A program made the translations under genes and the position numbers. A DNA stretch of 64,000 nucleotides, from NCBI GenBank assembly GCA_902623585.1, contig CACNUO010000004.1, positions 2,479-66,478 on the forward strand, written 5' to 3'. Under the pieces are notes generated by a model. That model was not told the DNA's origin. It made no database searches and was given only the letters and a program-made list of their open reading frames with translations. The stretch comes from an uncultured Alphaproteobacteria bacterium (GTDB lineage Bacteria > Pseudomonadota > Alphaproteobacteria > HIMB59 > GCA-002718135). Positions 59,245 to 64,000 of the stretch are shown piece by piece; position 1 is the first letter of the stretch; every line of letters starts with the position of its first letter.

Positions 59245-60357
59245 ATGCCATCAAATCAATTTGTAGCTAAATCAAGAAGGTTAAGAAGTACTATTTATTC
59301 TTCCAGAATAGAAAACCAGGGTGTTACTTCTTATACAATATACAATCATATGTTACTTCCTGCAGGTTTTGAGGGAAGTCTTGAAGAAACTTATAACCAT
59401 TTAAAAAATCATGTTCAAATATGGGATGTAGCAGCTGAAAGACAAATAGAAATTAAAGGCAAGGACGCTTATCAATTAGTTCAATTAATGACTTGTAGGG
59501 ATTTAAGTAAGGCTAAAGAAGGTAAATGTTATTATTGTCCAATAATCGATGAAAATGGAGGAATGATTAATGATCCCGTAGTGCTTAAATTTAACAATGA
59601 AAAATGGTGGATTTCAATAGCTGATTCAGACGTGATGTTATTTGCTAAAGGTCTTGCTTTAGGGAAAAATTTTGAAGTTTCTATTACTGAACCTGATGTA
59701 AATATTATGGCTGTTCAAGGTCCAAAGGCTTTTGATTTGTTAGAAAGAGTTTTTGGTAAAGAAATTTTAAAATTAAAATTCTATAACTTTAAATATTTTA
59801 ATTTTAAAAATGCCAAACATTTAATTGCTAGATCTGGTTGGTCAAAACAGGGTGGTGTAGAAATTTATGTTGAAAATACTAAATCTGGTTTAGAATTATA
59901 CGATTTATTATTTGAAGAAGGTAAAGAGCTTAATGTCAAACCAGGGTGTCCTCATTTAATTGAAAGAATTGAAGGCGCTTTACTCTCTTATGGTAACGAT
60001 ATGGATATAAACGATAATCCATTAGAATGTGGATTAGATAAATTTGTGCATCTAGAAAATGATATTGATTTTCTTGGAAAAGAAAAATTGATTAAAATTA
60101 AAGAAAATGGAATTAATAAAAAATTAATGGGAGTAAAGATTAATCTTGATAAAATTAATCTAAGATCAGCAATTCATTTAACAATTGGAGATAAAATAAT
60201 TGGCGAAATTAGATCTGCAGTCTTTTCACCTACATTTAAAATGGTGATTGGAATTGCAATGATAAATAAACCATATTTTTTGTCTAAAGATCAATTTGAT
60301 ATCGTTATTGAGAATAGAAAATACAAAGGAGAAATTTGCGATATTCCATTTGTATAA
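59245..60357 (+). CDS. dmdA: Dimethylsulfoniopropionate (DMSP) demethylase
   Basis: [63 protein letters not shown]; close to the Pelagibacter DmdA as I recall it. Confidence 0.93.
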   Translation: MPSNQFVAKSRRLRSTIYSSRIENQGVTSYTIYNHMLLPAGFEGSLEETYNHLKNHVQIWDVAAERQIEIKGKDAYQLVQLMTCRDLSKAKEGKCYYCPIIDENGGMINDPVVLKFNNEKWWISIADSDVMLFAKGLALGKNFEVSITEPDVNIMAVQGPKAFDLLERVFGKEILKLKFYNFKYFNFKNAKHLIARSGWSKQGGVEIYVENTKSGLELYDLLFEEGKELNVKPGCPHLIERIEGALLSYGNDMDINDNPLECGLDKFVHLENDIDFLGKEKLIKIKENGINKKLMGVKINLDKINLRSAIHLTIGDKIIGEIRSAVFSPTFKMVIGIAMINKPYFLSKDQFDIVIENRKYKGEICDIPFV

Positions 60358-60360
60358 ATT

Positions 60361-61248
60361 ATGAATAATAATGTAAAAGCTATTATTTTAGCTTTAGTTG
60401 CTTCTGTTTCAGGAGTAACAATGAATGTTCTTATTAAATTTTCACTTCAAGATATAAATGTATTTACTGCTGGATTTTTGAGATTTCTTTTTGGGTTTAT
60501 TTTAATTCTGCCTTTTATTTTTTATAATAAATTTCAAAACTTTAAGACACCTAATCTAAAAATTCATTTAACAAGAGGTATTTTAAATATTCCAATGATG
60601 TTACTGGGATTTTCTGCGCTACAATTTATACCTTTAGAACAAATCAAAGCAATTTCTTTTGTTACACCTATAATTGTAGTTTTCTTAAGTGTAATTTTTT
60701 TGAAAGAAAAAATTTATTTAATTCGGATTGGTGCTTTACTAATCGGTCTAGTTGGAGTCTTTGTTATTTTGAGACCAGGCATTGTCCCAATAAATGTGGG
60801 AGCATATTTGGTTTTATGTTCCTGTTCTATTTGGTCAATAGTTGTTATAATTACAAAATTTGCAGCAAGAATTGATAGTGCATTTACAATTTTATCTTAC
60901 CAATATACCCTAGTTACATTCTTATCTTTTCCTATCGCTTTATATTTTTGGCAATCTCCTTCATCAGAAACATTATATTATTTAATTTTTGCAGGCATTG
61001 CTGGTACAATAGTACATTTGTGTATCAATACAGCTTATAAGCTTACAGATTTATCAGTTTTACAACCTGTTAACTTTTCAAGGTTATTGATTGCATCTTT
61101 ATTTGGTTTTTTAATTTTTGATGAAATACCTGATATTTGGACGATAATAGGAGGTTTAATAATTTTTTCATCAATTCTGATTATTACTTATAGAGAAAAT
61201 TATCTAAAAAAAGATATAGCAAAGAAATCAATACCGATTAAACTTTAA
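60361..61248 (+). CDS. DMT/EamA family transporter
   Basis: About 10 TM segments; FLRFLFG, FLKEKI, ILRPG, FDEIPD.WTIIGG. Confidence 0.9.
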   Translation: MNNNVKAIILALVASVSGVTMNVLIKFSLQDINVFTAGFLRFLFGFILILPFIFYNKFQNFKTPNLKIHLTRGILNIPMMLLGFSALQFIPLEQIKAISFVTPIIVVFLSVIFLKEKIYLIRIGALLIGLVGVFVILRPGIVPINVGAYLVLCSCSIWSIVVIITKFAARIDSAFTILSYQYTLVTFLSFPIALYFWQSPSSETLYYLIFAGIAGTIVHLCINTAYKLTDLSVLQPVNFSRLLIASLFGFLIFDEIPDIWTIIGGLIIFSSILIITYRENYLKKDIAKKSIPIKL

Positions 61249-61256
61249 TTTTATTA

Positions 61257-62144
61257 ATGAATAATAATATTAAGGCTATTTTATTAACTTTGTCTGCGTC
61301 TTTTTTTGCAGTTTTAATGGAAGCATTAATACGTGCAGCACAATATGATTCAAATGTTTTTACAATTGGGTTTTTAAGATTCTTTTTTGGTTTATTAATT
61401 ATTTTTCCTTATTTAATTAAAAATAGATTTACAACTTATAAAACAAAAAATTTGAAATTCTACATAGTTCGTGGGTTATTTAATATTCCCGTAATGATTT
61501 TAGGTTTTGGAGCTCTTGTATACATTCCTTTTGAGCAATTTAAAGCTATGAATTTTTTAAGCCCTATAATTGTCGTGCTATTAAGTTTTTTAATTTTTAG
61601 AGAAAAAATTTTTAAATACAGAATTTTAGCTTTAGTTATTGGTTTTTTAGGTACTGTAATAATAATAAGACCAGGCTATGTTGAATTTAACATTGGCACT
61701 ATAATGGTTTTAGTTTCTTTGTTATTTTGGTCTTTTATAATTATCCTTTCAAAATATGTATCAAAAGATGATTCACCAATTACAATGGTTTCATACCAAT
61801 ATACTTTAATGACTTTTTTTGCCTTACCTCTAGCAATTTATTTTTGGGAAACACCTTCACTATCTTCCATCTTATATGTTTTCATTGGGGCTATTTCAGG
61901 TACAATTTTACACTTGTGTTTAGGTCTTGCATATAAATATGCTGATTTATCAGTTACACAGCCAATATGGTTTAGTGGATTAATCTTTGGATCTGCTTTT
62001 GGTTATTTTTTATTTAAAGAAATTCCAGATTTATGGACCTGGATAGGTGGAATTGTTGTATTCTCTTCAGTATTGATTATTACTTACAATGAGAGAAGTA
62101 AAGAAGAGAGGAAGAATAAAAATATTATAAATGCTATAGATTAA
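61257..62144 (+). CDS. DMT/EamA family transporter (tandem paralog)
   Basis: Same length (295 aa) and colinear motifs as the previous gene (MNNN.KAI, FLRFFFG, IP.EQ.KA, RPG, EIPD.WT, IITY.E). Confidence 0.9.
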   Translation: MNNNIKAILLTLSASFFAVLMEALIRAAQYDSNVFTIGFLRFFFGLLIIFPYLIKNRFTTYKTKNLKFYIVRGLFNIPVMILGFGALVYIPFEQFKAMNFLSPIIVVLLSFLIFREKIFKYRILALVIGFLGTVIIIRPGYVEFNIGTIMVLVSLLFWSFIIILSKYVSKDDSPITMVSYQYTLMTFFALPLAIYFWETPSLSSILYVFIGAISGTILHLCLGLAYKYADLSVTQPIWFSGLIFGSAFGYFLFKEIPDLWTWIGGIVVFSSVLIITYNERSKEERKNKNIINAID

Positions 62145-62159
62145 TAATTGAGTAATTAT

Positions 62160-64000
62160 ATGGATCTTTCAAAAGTTAAAATAAACAATGGATTTTGGAA
62201 AAAAAGAAAAGATTTAAATATCAACTCATCTTTTTTTGAAATACTAAATTCATTTGAAAAATCTGGAAGAATAAGAGCATTAACAAATGAAAACACTTCT
62301 TCAGAAAAACCACATATATTTTGGGAATCAGATTTAGCAAAATTAATGGAAGGTGCATTTTTTTCCATGCAACAAGAAAAAAATAAGAACTTAAAAAAAA
62401 CATGTGATAGCATTATAAAAAAAATCATCAATAATCAGGAGGATAATGGTTATTTAAATTTTTTTTTTAAATTTCATGAACCTGAAAATAAATTTACTAA
62501 CTTACGGGATCGTCATGAATTATATTGTGCTGGCCATTTATTAGAATCAGCCATTGAACATTCAAAAGCAACGGAAGAAAATCATTTTTTAAATTCAATA
62601 GAAAAATATATTGATCATATAATTGATACATTTGGTCGAGAAGTTGGAAAAAAAAGAGGGTACCCGGGTCATCAAGAAATTGAATTAGCTTTAGTAAAAG
62701 CTTATGAATATACAAATAAAAAAAAATATTTAGACCTTGCAACATATTTTATTGAAGAAAGAGGTAAGACTGACTCTAATCACAAACATTATTTTATTAA
62801 TGAAAACGAAATATTAAAAAAAAATTCACAAAAATTAGATTATTCAAAACTACCTTCCAATTTAAGAGATTTTGTTGATTTCTATTTAGCCAAAGATGAA
62901 TCAGTATTTAAAGATTTAGAATATTGGCAGGCTCATAAAGAACCAATAAATCAAAATACTGCAGAGGGGCATTCAGTTAGAGCGCTTTATATGTTTACTG
63001 CTATGGCTGATCTAGCTAGAATTAATAATAACAAAGATCTTTTGAAAACTTGCAAGCTACTTTGGCGCAATATTGTAGACAAAAGAATGTATATCCATAG
63101 TGGAGTAGGTAGTGCACATATAGGAGAGCGATTTTCTTTTGATTATGACCTTCCTAATGACATGGCTTTTGCTGAAACCTGCGCAACTATTGCACTTATT
63201 TATTTTGCAAATAGATTGTCTAAAATAGAAATTAATAGTGAATACGCTGATATTATAGAAAATAGTTTATATAATCTTATTCTTGCTAGTACTTCTCAGG
63301 ATGGAAAAGGTTTCTTTTACGATAATTACCTTGAATGTAACCCCGGTTATTTACATTTTCAAGATAGACGACATGGGATAAGAGATGAGTATCACATTTG
63401 CTCTTGTTGTCCCCCAAATATAGCACGTCTAATTGCCAGTATGGATATGTATATTTATAATACATATCAAAAGTCTTTAGTAGTTGATCAATATATTAGT
63501 TCTGAATTAGATCTTTCAGATAAAGAACAAGGTTTAAAAATAATACAAACAAGTGAATTTCCATATAAAGGTTATTCGGAGATAAAAATTTTAAATTCTA
63601 ATAACAAAGAAACAGTTATTTATTTTCGCATTCCATCATGGGATCAAAAAACAAAAATATTAATCAATGGTGAAGAAATAAATTACAAAACTTTCAATGG
63701 TTATGCAAAAATTTATAGAAAATGGAAAGTTGGTGATATAATAGAATTAAAATTTGATTTTACACCTCGTTTTGTAAGAACAAATCCAAATGTAAGATAT
63801 AATATTAGAAAAGCATCCATTTTTAGAGGTCCAATACTTTATTGTTTAGAAGAAATAGACAATGGAAAAAATTTAAATCGATTTGTTATAGATAGTAATA
63901 ATAACTTTAACGAAAAAGAAGATAAAATAAATTCAGAAAATATTATTTCTTTAAGTATTAATGGATTGAAATTTGATGATACTAATGAGTTATATATTAA
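62160..64000 (+). CDS. Glycoside hydrolase family 127 (beta-L-arabinofuranosidase-like), 3'-truncated by the window edge
   Basis: Not in the ORF track; open from ATG 62160 to the window end by hand translation: FWESDLAK, HELYCAGH, GHQEIELAL, AEGHSVRA, GERFSFDYDLPND, AETCA, CSCCPPN, RGPILYCLE. Confidence 0.9.
   Translation, partial: MDLSKVKINNGFWKKRKDLNINSSFFEILNSFEKSGRIRALTNENTSSEKPHIFWESDLAKLMEGAFFSMQQEKNKNLKKTCDSIIKKIINNQEDNGYLNFFFKFHEPENKFTNLRDRHELYCAGHLLESAIEHSKATEENHFLNSIEKYIDHIIDTFGREVGKKRGYPGHQEIELALVKAYEYTNKKKYLDLATYFIEERGKTDSNHKHYFINENEILKKNSQKLDYSKLPSNLRDFVDFYLAKDESVFKDLEYWQAHKEPINQNTAEGHSVRALYMFTAMADLARINNNKDLLKTCKLLWRNIVDKRMYIHSGVGSAHIGERFSFDYDLPNDMAFAETCATIALIYFANRLSKIEINSEYADIIENSLYNLILASTSQDGKGFFYDNYLECNPGYLHFQDRRHGIRDEYHICSCCPPNIARLIASMDMYIYNTYQKSLVVDQYISSELDLSDKEQGLKIIQTSEFPYKGYSEIKILNSNNKETVIYFRIPSWDQKTKILINGEEINYKTFNGYAKIYRKWKVGDIIELKFDFTPRFVRTNPNVRYNIRKASIFRGPILYCLEEIDNGKNLNRFVIDSNNNFNEKEDKINSENIISLSINGLKFDDTNELYI

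Noticed and set aside
62459-62468. T10 homopolymer in GH127, and other A/T runs, as phase-variation or frameshift sites
   Set aside because: The reading frames are intact, and such runs are expected at this AT content.

Overview
A very AT-rich, gene-dense window from a streamlined marine alphaproteobacterium. SAR11- or HIMB59-like is an inference from the Pelagibacter-type DmdA, the tiny intergenic spaces and alphaproteobacterial gene order. It holds about 65 CDS, three tRNAs (Arg-TCT, Asn-GTT, Cys-GCA) and a tandem glycine riboswitch ahead of gcvTHP. I saw no mobile element, CRISPR array or rRNA. Core blocks: thiolase/acyl-CoA dehydrogenase, iolC-iolB-aldolase, metC with aapJQMP, umuDC, pcm-tolC-popZ-valS-ilvD, dgt-argS-scpAB-tatABC-serS-pcm, cysE-cysK-cystathionine lyase, dmdA with two DMT transporters, and a GH127 running off the end. 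The best leads are: (1) an unannotated ~115-nt candidate sRNA at 38031-38145 with its own promoter, three abutting hairpins with AGG(AAA)-bearing loops and a terminator; (2) a class-IV aminotransferase-fold protein that appears to lack the canonical Lys/Glu, coupled to a sulfotransferase-like P-loop protein; (3) a cysE-cysK(TFGNT)-cystathionine gamma-lyase operon suggesting reverse transsulfuration; (4) an alpha-type LexA box at umuDC; (5) a miniature PopZ; (6) an inverted-topology photolyase. All calls come from reading motifs by eye; no searches were run.
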